Positions 27,439 to 40,044 of a stretch of DNA of 64,000 bases are shown piece by piece (the stretch's first letter is position 1; every line of letters starts with the position of its first letter). Source of the DNA: Octopus vulgaris (lineage: Eukaryota); NCBI GenBank assembly GCA_951406725.2, contig OX597827.1, positions 75,392,001 to 75,456,000 on the forward strand. Reading direction: 5' to 3'. The notes beneath the pieces were generated by a model. The model worked only from the letters and a program-made list of their open reading frames with translations, did no database searches and was not told where the DNA came from. Both the position numbers and the translations under genes were made by a program.

Positions 27439-29005
27439 ATAGGAGAAGGAAAGATCCAGAGAAGGGAAGACAGAGGAAAAAAAAATCGCCAACGGTACAC
27501 ACACACATATACACACTAATTATGTATATCATCTTCATCATCATTTAACATCTGTTTCCCATTCTGGCATGGGTTGGATGGGTTGATAGGAACTAGTAAG
27601 TTCAAGGTTTACACCAGGTCCCATAGTCTGTTTCGGCTTGATTTCTACGGCCAGATGCCCTTCTTAATGTCAACCAGTTTACAGAGTGGACTGGGTGCTT
27701 TTTACACGGCACCAGCCCTGGTGAATTTTATGTGGCACCATCCTCAATGCTTTTTATGTGCATCAGCACCAGTCCCTTTTACATGGCACCATCCCCAATG
27801 CTTTTTATGTGCATCAGCACCAGTCCCTTTTACATGGCACCAACACCAATGCTTTTTATGTGACACCTGCACCAGTGCCTTTTACTTGGCATTGTGGTTT
27901 TAGGATATTACATACAGAAAAATATGTACCTAACATCTTAGTCGCACATTCCACACACATACATGCACACACACATACACACTTACTCACACGCACATGC
28001 TGATGATTAAATGTGGTTTGTTTGATCTTACACTCTTGTCAAAAGCCCTCTCTCCCTTTATCTGGTACGCTGTCCTTTACGACAACGAAGGATCCAGTTG
28101 ATCCAGTCAACAGAACATCCAGCTCATGAAAGTAGCATGCAAGTGGCTGAGTATTCCTCAGACACACATAACCCTGACGTAGTCCTCAGGAAGATTCTGA
28201 GTGACACAGAATGTGACAAGGCTGGCCCTTTAGAACACAGGTACAACTCATTTTTGTCACCCGAGTCAACTAGAGCAACTTGAAATGAAGTGTCTTGCTC
28301 AAGGACACAACTCACCACTGCATATCAGACTCAAGACTTTATAATCGCGAGTGGAATCCTGTAACCACCAAGCCATGCATCTCCCCCTTACATGCACATT
28401 TGTGTATTGCATGTGTGTATATGTACGCATGTATGTATGAATGCATGCATCTATGAATGAATGTGCGTATGTATGCATGTATTAATGCATGTACGTATGT
28501 ATTTATATATGAATGTATGCATGTATGTATGCATGCATGTATGTATGTATGTATGTATATATGTATGTATTCATGCATGTATATAAATCCTTAAAATCCT
28601 TAAAAATGTTTTAGCCCGAAGGCCGCGGCCATGCTGGGGCACCACCGCTGTACTATATATGTATATATGTATTTATGTATGCATGTATGTATCTATGCAT
28701 GCATGTATCTATGTATGTATGCATGCATGTATGTATATATGAATGTATACATCTATGTATGTATGCACGTACGTATGTATGTTTATATGTATATATGTCT
28801 GTTTGTATATATGTATGTGTGTTTGTATGTATTTATGTATGTATGCTTATATGTATGTATATACGTGTTTGTATGGATGGATGGATTGATGTGTGTGTAT
28901 GTTTGTATGCATGTGTTTGCATGTATGTATGTGTTTCTATGTATGTATGTATGTATGTATGTATGTATGTGTGTGTATGTATGTATGTATGTGTGTGTAT
29001 GTGTG

Positions 29006-29052
<47 letters not shown>

Positions 29053-29328
29053 GTGTATGTATGTTTTTGTTTTTCAAGGTGTAATGAAATGACTGAACAA
29101 AGTCGAATGAATCGTTCCCTCACGTGACTGGTAAATATATTTCTGAGCTGTGAAAAGTTAAATGATGCAGTAACCGAAAAATCGTAGATTGAGGGAGAGC
29201 AGATGAAGATACCTTGAAGACAGACCTGACTACTGTAAATGTCATCACACACACACACACACAGCTGGTGCCAGTGTGAGGGTTTTCATGTGGTTTCTCG
29301 GCCTGTTGGAAAATAGTTCATCAGCTCC

Positions 29329-29494
29329 AGGACTCCGGATTTTTATGTTACCGGAATAAACAAACTTGTGACTTGTTGGCAAAAAGCTGTTGACTGTATT
29401 GATACTTAGATGAATAACATTTCCGCAATAATTGAAATATATTTCGATGAATTTCATGTTTCAAAACGTTAATGACCTTTTACGCGCTCTGACA
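29329..29494 (+). mobile_element. 3' fragment of the mariner family at 40041-41288
   Basis: ggactccggatttttatgttaccggaataaacaaacttgtgac matches 41122 onward. Confidence 0.8.
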
Positions 29495-29985
29495 TATGAA
29501 ATGTCAACGAGGTAGACTTTACGTAGTTGTTCGACCCATTAGAAATAGCAGCCAAATCTTCTTCAAATTACTCCTTACTCTCTTAAAAAGAAAAGGACAC
29601 ATTACATAATATTGTCCGGCGTAATCATGAAATGATGTACTGGTCACGTTTGGAATGCCTGTAGGCATTGAAAGCCTCTATCATCCACATCTCTGCTGAC
29701 ATGGAGCTAACAAACATTCATACATTCATACATACACGTATAAATGCATATATATATTTCTTTATTGCCCACAAGGGGCTAAACATAGAGGGGACAAACA
29801 AGGACAGACAAACAGATTAAGTCGATTACATCGACCCCAGTGAGTAACTGGTACTTTATTTATCGACCCCGAAAGGATGAAAGGCAAAGTCGACCTCGGC
29901 GGAATTTGAACTCAGAACGTAACGGCAGACGAAACATCGCTAAGCATTTCGCCCGGCACGCTAACACATACATACATACATACAT

Positions 29986-30052
<67 letters not shown>

Positions 30053-30494
30053 AGCATACATACAAACAAACAAAGATACCCCGTCCCATGAGGCATACCA
30101 TTGTCGCTGAGACAATCTGCAATGTTATACGCAGTAGGGATTGTCGAAAGCCACGCCTGAACCAGAAAATATCCACTCCTTTAAAAACAGAAACAACTGC
30201 CAGAGCATTACAATAAAAGCAACAGTCCAATGTAAACACTAAAGACCAGATATAATTTGTATGCACCGCTGCAAAGATAAGCTGTGTAACGGATGCGAAT
30301 ATCTCGTCAAAAGCTGCGTAAAAGAAGAATATCTATGGAGAACTAACGAGTATCCTACAGCTGTTATTTCCAGGCTATAGATTGTTATTTGTTCCTTTTA
30401 TCATAGATGCACTCGACTATGTTCGGCATAGAAACCTAGAAATGCTTGGGTTTTGCAAAAAGGAGCAGGGCAGACTGATTCCCATTCTCTAGAG

Positions 30495-30691
30495 CAGTGC
30501 TTTTCAAACTTTTTGCTGAAGCGGAACCCCAAGGAAACATTCCACTGGCTCGAGGAACCCCTGTGCAATAATTTAATAGTCTTATGCACACATATCTGCA
30601 TAGGAAAATTAAAAATTACTGTCGATTTTAGCAGTTTTGTAACTTCTTGCGGAACCCTAAGGTTCCACGGAACCCTGGTTGAAAACCACTG
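30495..30691. mobile_element. hAT-type MITE with perfect 8-bp TSD
   Basis: cagtgcttttcaa...ttgaaaaccactg; TSD ctctagag at 30487-30494 and 30692-30699. Confidence 0.9.
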
Positions 30692-30713
30692 CTCTAGAGA
30701 CATTCGATTAAAG

Positions 30714-31355
30714 TAGTGGTTCTCAACCATTTCTTTTTTTACCTATAGATCCCGTTGGTTGCTGTTTTATGCGGATGGACCCCCATAGCCATTCAAGGTT
30801 TTTAAAATCCCGTTATATTTCTATGATTAAATACTGTTAGGAACCGTATTTATCTTTTATCTTTTGCGTGTTTCAGTTATCTGAGTGCGGCCATGCTGGG
30901 GCAAATCGACCCCAGGACTTATTCTTTTGTTTAAGACTAGTATTTAGTCTATCGGTTTGTTTTATCGAACCGCTAAGTTACGGGGACGTAAACACCAGCA
31001 CCGGTTGAGACACAAAAACACACACACTTAGATGTATACATACATATATATATATATATATAAATAGGTGAATGAATTATCCTATGTTTATCGTCAGTAT
31101 GGAAAATTCGTATATATATATATATATATACGATGGGCTTCTTTGAGTTTTCATCTACCAAATCCACTCACAAGGCTTTGGTCGGCCTACGGCTATAGTA
31201 GAAGACACTGTGTCATGCAGTGGGACTGAACTCTGAACCACGTGGTTGGGAAGCAAGCTTCTTACCACAGAACCACGCCTGAAGAAGCATAACCATTTTA
31301 TTGCAGATAAATTTTAACAACAAAATCTTATGTGGACCCTGGGTGAGAACCACTG
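30714..31355. mobile_element. Older hAT-type MITE with nested SINE A (~30850-31280)
   Basis: tagtggttctcaacc...gggtgagaaccactg; degenerate TSD gattaaag/gatcagag. Confidence 0.65.
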
Positions 31356-31758
31356 GATCAGAGGAACAGGGACAATTTGGGAAACACTTCGAGGATTCTC
31401 TGTTTGCGATTCCTGAATGAACATTTGCGCATAATCACATAAAAGTATTGAATACACTTGAGCATGAAGCCATAACCAGTAATGAAACATTCAGACCTCT
31501 GTCGTGATAGACACACCCAAGAATACAAATTGCCTCCACCCACCCACCCGTCCACACACACACACACACACATATATCTGCATAGTCAACCAATTCAGGC
31601 AACCACAAAACATAAAGGCTGTCATGACTTCAACAAAAGAGCTTTATCACTTTGTAACCGGTTTGAATTCTACAAATAAGAAAATAAAAACTTAAAATAA
31701 ACTCCAGAAAATCACCCCTCCCTCCCTCCCTCCGTCCATACATACATACACACACGTA

Positions 31759-31804
<46 letters not shown>

Positions 31805-32115
31805 AGCACTCCGTCGGTTACGAAGACGAGTGTCCCGGTTGATACGATCAACGGAACAGCCTGCTCGTGAAATTAACGTGCAAGTGCCTGAGCAACCCAC
31901 AGACACGCGTGTACCCCTAACGTAGTTCTCAGGGAGACTCAGCGCGACAAGGCCGGCCCTTTGAAATACAGGTACTACTCATTTTTTGCCAGCTGAGTAG
32001 ACTGGAGCAACGTGAAATAAAGTGTCTTGCTCAAGGACACAACGTACCGCCGGGAATCGAACTCACGAACTCGCGAATGCCCTAACCAGTAAGCCACGCG
32101 CCTTTTGCCTTCAGA

Positions 32116-32204
<89 letters not shown>

Positions 32205-32224
32205 CACACACCATACATACGTAG

Positions 32225-32650
32225 CCAAAGAATAATCCTCAGTATGGCAGAGGCCATAGCCACTCATAATAAGGATTACTGGTGGAATGCCCCAGTGAAA
32301 ATTTAAATGTAGGCATAATAGAGCAGTCACGGTGATTTGAGACCAGGAAGAGAAACTGTTTACGGTTGTGGAAATCAGCTGCCCACCGGATGTTGGCATA
32401 AAACTAAAGACTAGCGAAAAAGAAAATACCTTCGTTGAACAATTGAGTTACTCTACCCGGATTACAAGTTCAGTTTCACATCTATAATTATTAGGGTACT
32501 GGGATATCTTGCACATTGCCTAGGTACCAGTCTTGAGAAATAGGGCTTCTCAAAACGAGGAAAGAGAAAGCTGATTCGAAGACTACAGATCCAAAGCCAT
32601 CACTGGAACTGTGAAAATTTGTAAAGCTTTCCACAAGTTTCTCATTTAAG
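32225..32650 (+). mobile_element. R4/Dong-like non-LTR element 3' relic (restriction-like endonuclease)
   Basis: Frameshifted YWWNAPVK..KCRHNRAVTVI*DQEEK..VVEISCPPDV..EKEN..LYPDYKFSFTSIIIRVLGY..VKICKAF, resembling the HNRPD..(D/E)...K and IIGALG motifs. Confidence 0.65.
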
Positions 32651-34597
32651 TATATATGCGCATGTCGACATGCAACTATGATGCATGAGAATACTTGCAT
32701 TAAACAAAACCTACAAATCTGCACGGGCACCGCTGCTGATGTCGTAATTCCAGTGAAGAAGACTTGGATCAAGGTTAGAAACCAGCTCTTTCTCTATTGG
32801 CAAGAAATATTGAAATAAAACTGAACGATGACACATACACACTCGTAATATGAGACAATGAATGATGCTAGAAATTGCAGCCAGATTGCACCTTATTTCT
32901 TTACATAAAAACGAAGGACGCAGAATATATAGTTCTGTATATCCATAAAAAGTTGTGATAGTCACCGCTAGATTTTCTTCAATGGTTTCATTGATCAAGG
33001 CTGTCCAGGAGCTAGACAACAACAACACACGTGTTAAGTTACACTCACCCCCCAGCAGTGGTGATTGGGTTTCGATTATCAACAGAAGATCACTCAATTC
33101 ACTCATCATGATGAACTTCATGTCTTTTCGTGCAGCCGTGAACGCCGCGCACGCATTTCCTCTTCATTTTATTAGCGAGGCCGGAGTCGTCGAGCTGGCA
33201 GAATCGTTAGCACGCCGGACTAAATGCTTAGCGGCATTTAATCCATCTTCACGTTCGGAGGCTGACTTTGCTTTTCATCCTTTCGGGATCGATAAAATAG
33301 GTGCCAATTGAGCACTGGGGTTGAAGTAATCGACGAGCCCCATTCACCCCCACCCCGAATTTCAGGCCTTGTGCCTATAGTAGAAAGAACTATTAGTTTA
33401 CTGGGGTGGATTAGCAGAATCGTTAGAGCGCCGGACAAATACCTTGCGACATCCATTTTGGCTCTTTATGTTCAGAGTTCAAATCTCGCTGACGCCAACT
33501 TTTATCTTTCATCGCTCCAATGTTGATAAAATAATGTATCGGTCAAGGACTGGAGCACATGTAATCGGTTAACCTCCTTCCCTCAGAATTACTAACCTTG
33601 TGTCTTAATTAGAAAGAATTTTTGTTAGGGGCGTTGCCACATCGCTGAATACTGAGCATTTGGATTGATAAATATGACATATTCTCGTCAATAACATCCT
33701 CAACGCTTTGATCTAAGTAACGACAGTGTTTGCTTCTTGTGTACGAAACGAATTAATATTTTGTTTATCATAAATCTCAACCTATCCCATTGTTCTTCAT
33801 TGTGCAGTTATTATTATCATTAAATCCCACCCGGATGCACTTAATGGCCTTGCTTTATTGAGTTAGGACCCTGTATGTTGTTCGAATCCTGTTCCCTTCC
33901 CTTCTTCTGGGAATTGATAAAATAAAGCAGCAGTCAAGTACTGAAATCAATATAATCGACCTGGGTGGAATTTAGACTTGGTAAGGCCCTAACTGATATA
34001 AAACTTGGAGACATCGCGTTAAAAAGTTACACCAGAAGGTCTCACAGAATTTTAAAATATATATATATATATTTGTTTTTTGGCCCTTTCGAATCATGAA
34101 GCCCTAAGCAGTAGTTTGTTTAGCCTATACCTAAATCTGGCGTTCACTATTTCTGTATTCTAAATTTTAGGTCTTGTGCCTATGTCAGAAATAAATAACC
34201 GTTCTACTGTGGAAACTTCTTCACAGCACTCTACATCTCCGAGCAAAGCAATGCATTGGAGACTATAGGATATATTTGACTACTGGATCCTTAGACCTGT
34301 GGGACCCTCGAGTAAATGCCTGATGTGTTCATACTATAAGGCAGCACTGACCTGCTGCCCTTCCCAGTTCGAGAAAAAAAAAACCCAGTTATTTTAATGT
34401 CATGGTTTAAAAACTACAAATCCAGGAAAAAAAAATGGGGATTTCCCTATTTAATTAAGATCATAAATAAAACAAGGAATTATTTTCACGTGTGTTGTTA
34501 AGTCTGTCTCGTGTCCTAGAACTCGTAGGATCGTTTACCCGGCTTGCAGAGATTAAAGCGTTAAATGTGTTGTATAGTATTGACGAGAATATATAAT

Positions 34598-34993
34598 CTT
34601 TTCTACTCTAGGCACAACGTCCGAAACTTTGAGGGAGGGGCCAGTCGATTAGATCGACCCCAGTACGCAACTGGTATTTAATTTATCGACCCCGAAAGGA
34701 TGAAAGGCAAAATCGACCTCGACGGAATTTGAACTCAGAACGTAAACACATTACGAAATACCTGTTTCTTTACTATCCACAAGGGGCTAAACACAGAGGG
34801 GACAAACAAGGATAAGCAAAGGAATTAAGTCGATTAGATCGACCCCAGTGCGTAAGTGGTACTTAATTTATCGACCCCGAAAGGATGAAAGGCAAAGTCG
34901 ACCTCGGCGGAATTTGAACTCAGAACGTAGCGGCAGACGAAATACAGCTAAGCATTTCGCCCGGTGTGCTAACGATTCTGCCAGCTCGCCGCC
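34598..34993 (-). mobile_element. SINE family B dimer with 18-bp TSD
   Basis: TSD ttgacgagaatatataat at 34580-34597 and 34994-35011. Confidence 0.85.
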
Positions 34994-35919
34994 TTGACGA
35001 GAATATATAATAATTACCAATCCAAAAACTCAGTGTTCGGTGATGTGACAACGCTTCTAACTGAAATCCCAACGTTCTCCCTGAACGGGGCTCCACTCAA
35101 TCGCCGGTTTACTCATTGTACAGTCGAGTGAAGCGGAGCAACGTAAAGTGGAGTGTTTTACTCAAGAACACGACGGCCCGCGAATCGAAACCGCGATATT
35201 TCGATCGTGAACGCAACAGCGTAGCGTAACCACGAGGCCACGTGCTTGCTTTTCACGTGGTGCGTAATATCATTGTATCAACTGCATGGTTTTAATCGTG
35301 TGCCATTTAATAAAACCACTTAAAATATGATAGGTTTATTTACTACAGCAATATACTTCAGAGTATTTAAATAAAAAAACGAAGTGGGTTGGCCTTCAGA
35401 CTGGTAGTCCCGTGGCAGCTAGGTCTCCTATTTCTCCCCTATTTGATATCTGGTATACCGGAGATGTGGTGGAATACTTATGGGGTACTGCTATACAGGA
35501 GTGACGATACAGTGTTGTACAGTGGAATTTAGTGGAAATGGTGAAGTGCAGTTGTTGTTGTTAGGGTTACTTTCAGATCAACCCTGATCCAATAGGCATG
35601 GTCCATAGCTTTCCAACCATGACACTCTGGCGTTTTTAGACAGTGTAAAACTAGGATCACGTTATCCAATATCTTATCCTTTTTAAGGGCGTAGGTTGAC
35701 GTGTGTGTGTGTGTGTGTGTGTGTTTGTGTGTGAGCGTCGGTTTATTTGATCGTTTGATATATTTTCTTGTGACTTTTTCTTTTTTTACCGTGTTCTACT
35801 TGCAGAAAGCACGCTTTCATTATCTTTTCCAGTGTTATTACATATAAGCTTATGATCTGTGTGTGTGTGTGTGTGTGTGTGCGTGAGTATGTATGTATAA
35901 ATATATTTGTGCGTATGTA

Positions 35920-36603
35920 AATATATATATATACATATATATATACATATATATATATATACATATATGTATATATATACATATATATACATATTATACA
36001 TATATGTATATATATATATATACATATATGTATATATATACATATACATATATGTATATATATACATGTATATACATATTATACATATATGTATATATAT
36101 ATATACATATATACATATATATACATATATATATATATACATATATACATATATATACATATATATACATATTATACATATATGTATATATATATATACA
36201 TATATGTATATATATACATATATATACATATATGTATACATATATATACATATATATACATATACATATATACATATATGTATACATATATATACATATA
36301 TATACATATACATATATACATATATACATATACATATATATACACATATATATACATATACATATATACATATATATACATATACATATACATATATACA
36401 TATATATACATATACATATATACATATATATACATATATATACATATATATACACATATATATATACATATATACATATACATATATACATATATATACA
36501 TATACATATATACATATATATACATATACATATATACATATATATACATATACATATATACATATATATACATATACATATATATACATATACATATATA
36601 CAT

Positions 36604-36662
<59 letters not shown>
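35920..36662. repeat. (TA)n/TACA compound microsatellite
   Basis: Seen directly; source of the longest false ORFs. Confidence 0.95.
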
Positions 36663-36668
<6 letters not shown>

Positions 36669-37115
36669 ATATATTATCCCATGGTGGGTTGAATTTTCAA
36701 CCCCTATCTCATTTTATAACCTATATATATATATATATATATATACATACGTATATATATATATATCGTTTTTGTATTTGGTTTGCAAGATTCTTTATGT
36801 GAATTCGAGCGTTGAAGCATATTTTATTGTGTCCGGGGAAGAGTCATTCTCTTTTAGTGCCTTATTATTTAACACACTCACCGGTTCGATTTCCACTCAT
36901 TAACTTTTTTTTTTCCTAAAATTTTCGTTGCGCCTTGCAACCTTTTTCAACAGTCGTTGCCCCAAAAGCTGACCTAAGATTATATGTATACGTTTACATG
37001 TATGTATGTATGTATGTATGTATGTATGTATGTATGTATGTATGTGACCTCGTGTGTACCGTTGGCGATTTTTTTCCCCTCTGTCTTCCCTTCTCTGGAT
37101 CTTTCCTTCTCCTAT

Positions 37116-37150
37116 GTTTCCGAAGAAGAGCTCCGCTCGAAACGTTAAAC
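37116..37150 (+). ncRNA. Minimal type-I hammerhead-like motif (U4C core)
   Basis: guuu CCGAAGA A GAGC ucc GCUC GAAAC GUU aaac; palindromic AACGUU stem III. Confidence 0.55.
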
Positions 37151-37282
37151 CCTCCTTCTTTCCCTTCTTTCCTGAGCGTCCAATAATACTATATTTGTTC
37201 CACGTCCTCGCGTTGTTGTGTTTTTTTGTGCTTTCTTGTTTGGATTAACTTTATATATATATATATATATATATATTTATTT

Positions 37283-37408
37283 ATTTATTTTATAGAAGGA
37301 GCTTCTACAGGACTAGAACTGTTTCATTCAAAAGAAATCATCAGGAATGATGATTTCTTTTGAATGAAATAGTTCTAGTCCTGTAGAAGCTCCTTCTACA
37401 AAATAAAT
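37283..37408. repeat. 61-bp hairpin made of two inverted hammerhead halves
   Basis: Arms 37283-37343 and 37348-37408, loop GGAA, 2 mismatches. The minus strand reads CUGAUGA UUUC uuuu GAAU GAAAC aguucua GUC. Confidence 0.85.
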
Positions 37409-37476
37409 TAATTTACTCTGCTATGTATTGAGTACCTTATTTACTGTGGTTAACCCCGACTCAACCCGGGACCTAC

Positions 37477-37520
<44 letters not shown>

Positions 37521-37521
37521 A

Positions 37522-37577
<56 letters not shown>

Positions 37578-37578
<1 letters not shown>

Positions 37579-37769
37579 TTTATTTTAAGCAGCAGAAAAT
37601 TCAACAAAATCTGTTACTCTGAGTTTCTCGTTGCCGTTCATCAGACAGTTTTTGCTAGAATGGAACTTATATATTAATAAGTTCCATTCTAGCAAAAACT
37701 GTCTGATGAACGGCAACGAGAAACTCAGAGTAACAGATTTTGTTGAATTTTCTGCTGCTTAAAATAAAG
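37578..37769. repeat. Perfect 93-bp inverted repeat with a hammerhead on each strand
   Basis: Arms 37578-37670 and 37677-37769, 6-nt loop. Confidence 0.95.
37692..37743 (+). ncRNA. Type-I hammerhead ribozyme, intact core (mirror copy 37604-37655, minus strand)
   Basis: gcaaaaacugu CUGAUGA acg gcaa cga GAAACUC a GA GUA acagauuuugu; predicted cut after 37732. Confidence 0.75.
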
Positions 37770-37873
37770 CATATTACTCTACCACTGGTATTTGAGTACT
37801 CTTTTTTCCACCTTGTTTCACATTTATGTGTTTACTCCGGTATATATATATATAGATAGATATCAGTAATAAT

Positions 37874-37904
<31 letters not shown>

Positions 37905-38021
37905 TAGATTCAATAAGTTTGCATGTATCATATTATATTATATTATATTATATTATATTATATTATGCTATATCAATAATATGGTGTAGTATAATATATT
38001 TGTGTTTGCATTCTCACTTAC

Positions 38022-38100
38022 CTTCAACCGCTGAAAAACTGCGTCTGTACTTGCCAGAAGTTTCTCAACTTTTAAGCAGTTAGTAAGAAGTAACCACACC
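38022..38100 (-). other. Candidate non-coding first exon of the KY-like gene
   Basis: Perfect donor AAG|GTAAGT (intron from 38021) at the end of a short unique island, next to a G/C-run, CpG-containing tract at 38260-38330. The 5' boundary is uncertain. Confidence 0.35.
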
Positions 38101-38132
38101 AGAAATACCGCCACCGCCACCAACTACTATTA

Positions 38133-38171
<39 letters not shown>

Positions 38172-38349
38172 TTGTTTTGTGGTGGTGGGTGTGGCAGTGA
38201 TGTTTGTGTAAGTAGTAGTTTCTCGCTAATAGTAAAGTTACAAATGATACCAATTTCCCCTCCGCGACCCCCCCCCCCCCCCCCTCCCCACCTCGACACT
38301 GAACCTCTCCAGCCGCCCGCCACCCCCCACATATCAGCATGGATGTTGT

Positions 38350-38380
<31 letters not shown>

Positions 38381-39353
38381 GGTGGTGGTGGTGATGGTGG
38401 TGGTGCTGCTGCTGTTATTCCTATTTCTACTGCTGATACTATTGTACTAGCACGACACTAATGGTTCAGGCAGCAGCGGCGGCGGGCCGTGATGATGATG
38501 ATGATGATGATGATAATGATGATGATTGTGGTGGTGGTGGATGGTGGTGGTGGTGGTCGCGACCGTGATGTGATGATGAAGATGATAATTGTTGTGGTAG
38601 TGGTGGTGGTGGCTGCAGCAGTGATGATGATGATGATTGTGGTGGTGGTGGTGGTGGTGGCTGCGGCGACAGTGATGATGATGATGATGATGATGATTGT
38701 GGTGGTGGTGGTGGTGGTGGTGGTGGCTGCGGCGACAGTGATGATGATGATGATGATTGTGGTGGTGGTGGTGGTGGCGGCGGCGGCGGCGGCAGTGATG
38801 ATGATTGTGGTGGTGGTGGTGGTGTTGGCGGTGGCGGCGGCGGCGACAGTGATGATGATGATGAAGATGATGATGATGATTGTTGCGGTAGTGGTGGTGG
38901 TGTTGGCGGCGGCAGTGATGATGATGATGATGAGAGGAGGAGGGGAGGATTACGATGATGATGATGATTGTGGAGGTGATGAAGGTGGTGGCGGCGGTGG
39001 CGGTGGTTGTGATGACAAGGTTCTTTATAGTCTAAGGTCAGTTCTTATCAAACAGAGCTCTGATCAAAGCGTTCCTGCCTTGACCATCCCAGGTTGCACG
39101 TCCGGGATTATTACGTAGCACAATATGTCCTTTAACTGAAGGGTAAAGTTTGGTCTGAGGGGGAATTTGGCTGTTATTTCTTGTAGACAGAGTTACCACG
39201 TTGACTCAACGGCAATTATGCAATTGTGTTGCGATGATGATGGTGATGATGGTGATGGTGATGGTAGCAACATTACAAGACAACGCAAATTGAAAAATAC
39301 ATTCCGAGTCATTCTTATTGCCTGGCAGAATGTCACTCACGTTTGTAGTAATT

Positions 39354-39464
<111 letters not shown>

Positions 39465-39522
39465 AACATACACACACACACACAAATATGCATACATATG
39501 TATGTATGTATGTACGTATGTA

Positions 39523-39572
<50 letters not shown>

Positions 39573-39629
39573 GAATGAGATAACAGATTCAAGGTTGTGA
39601 GAAGTTTTCAGGACGTTTATAACGAAATA

Positions 39630-39677
39630 GTCTTACAGCTGTTTCTGGGATATTATGAATATTTTTTGATCAGAGAC
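39630..39677 (-). ncRNA. Decayed hammerhead-like motif
   Basis: gucu CUGAUCA...auauu cau aauau..GAAACAGCU GUA agac; palindromic ACAGCUGU; G8 mutated. Confidence 0.5.
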
Positions 39678-39978
39678 GGTGTGAGAAAATATTTTGAGTT
39701 CGAATTATTGTAGAAAAATAGATAAGGAATATAGAGGGAAATGAGAGAACGAAAGTAGAAATAAGATATATATAAAGATATTGTAGTTGCAGTTCCATTA
39801 TATATATATATGTATATATGTTTTTCTTTGGGGCTGGCCAGATTGGAGCAATCTCAAGATTAATCAGCCGAAATTGTGAGGATGATCCAGTTCTTGACTG
39901 AAGATTAGAGGCTTCGAATGACCCGTTCGTGTTTTTTGTATCGTCTATTTGAATGTTTTGCGTTCTTGTCCCATTTTG

Positions 39979-40040
<62 letters not shown>

Positions 40041-40044
<4 letters not shown>

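Noticed and set aside
30060-30330. Possible piggyBac Cys-rich C-terminus (CMHRCKDKLCNGC)
   Set aside because: Too short, with no supporting transposase motif or TIR.
35786-36903. Long YI/IH-rich ORFs, and similar ones at 15-17 kb, 28.6 kb, 43.5 kb and 52.5 kb
   Set aside because: Translations of TA, CA, TACA and ATCT microsatellites that simply lack stop codons.
38489-39118. 209-aa poly-M/V/A ORF; also 19198-19801, 20344-20892 and 55135-55689
   Set aside because: Trinucleotide or purine repeats with no domain-like content.
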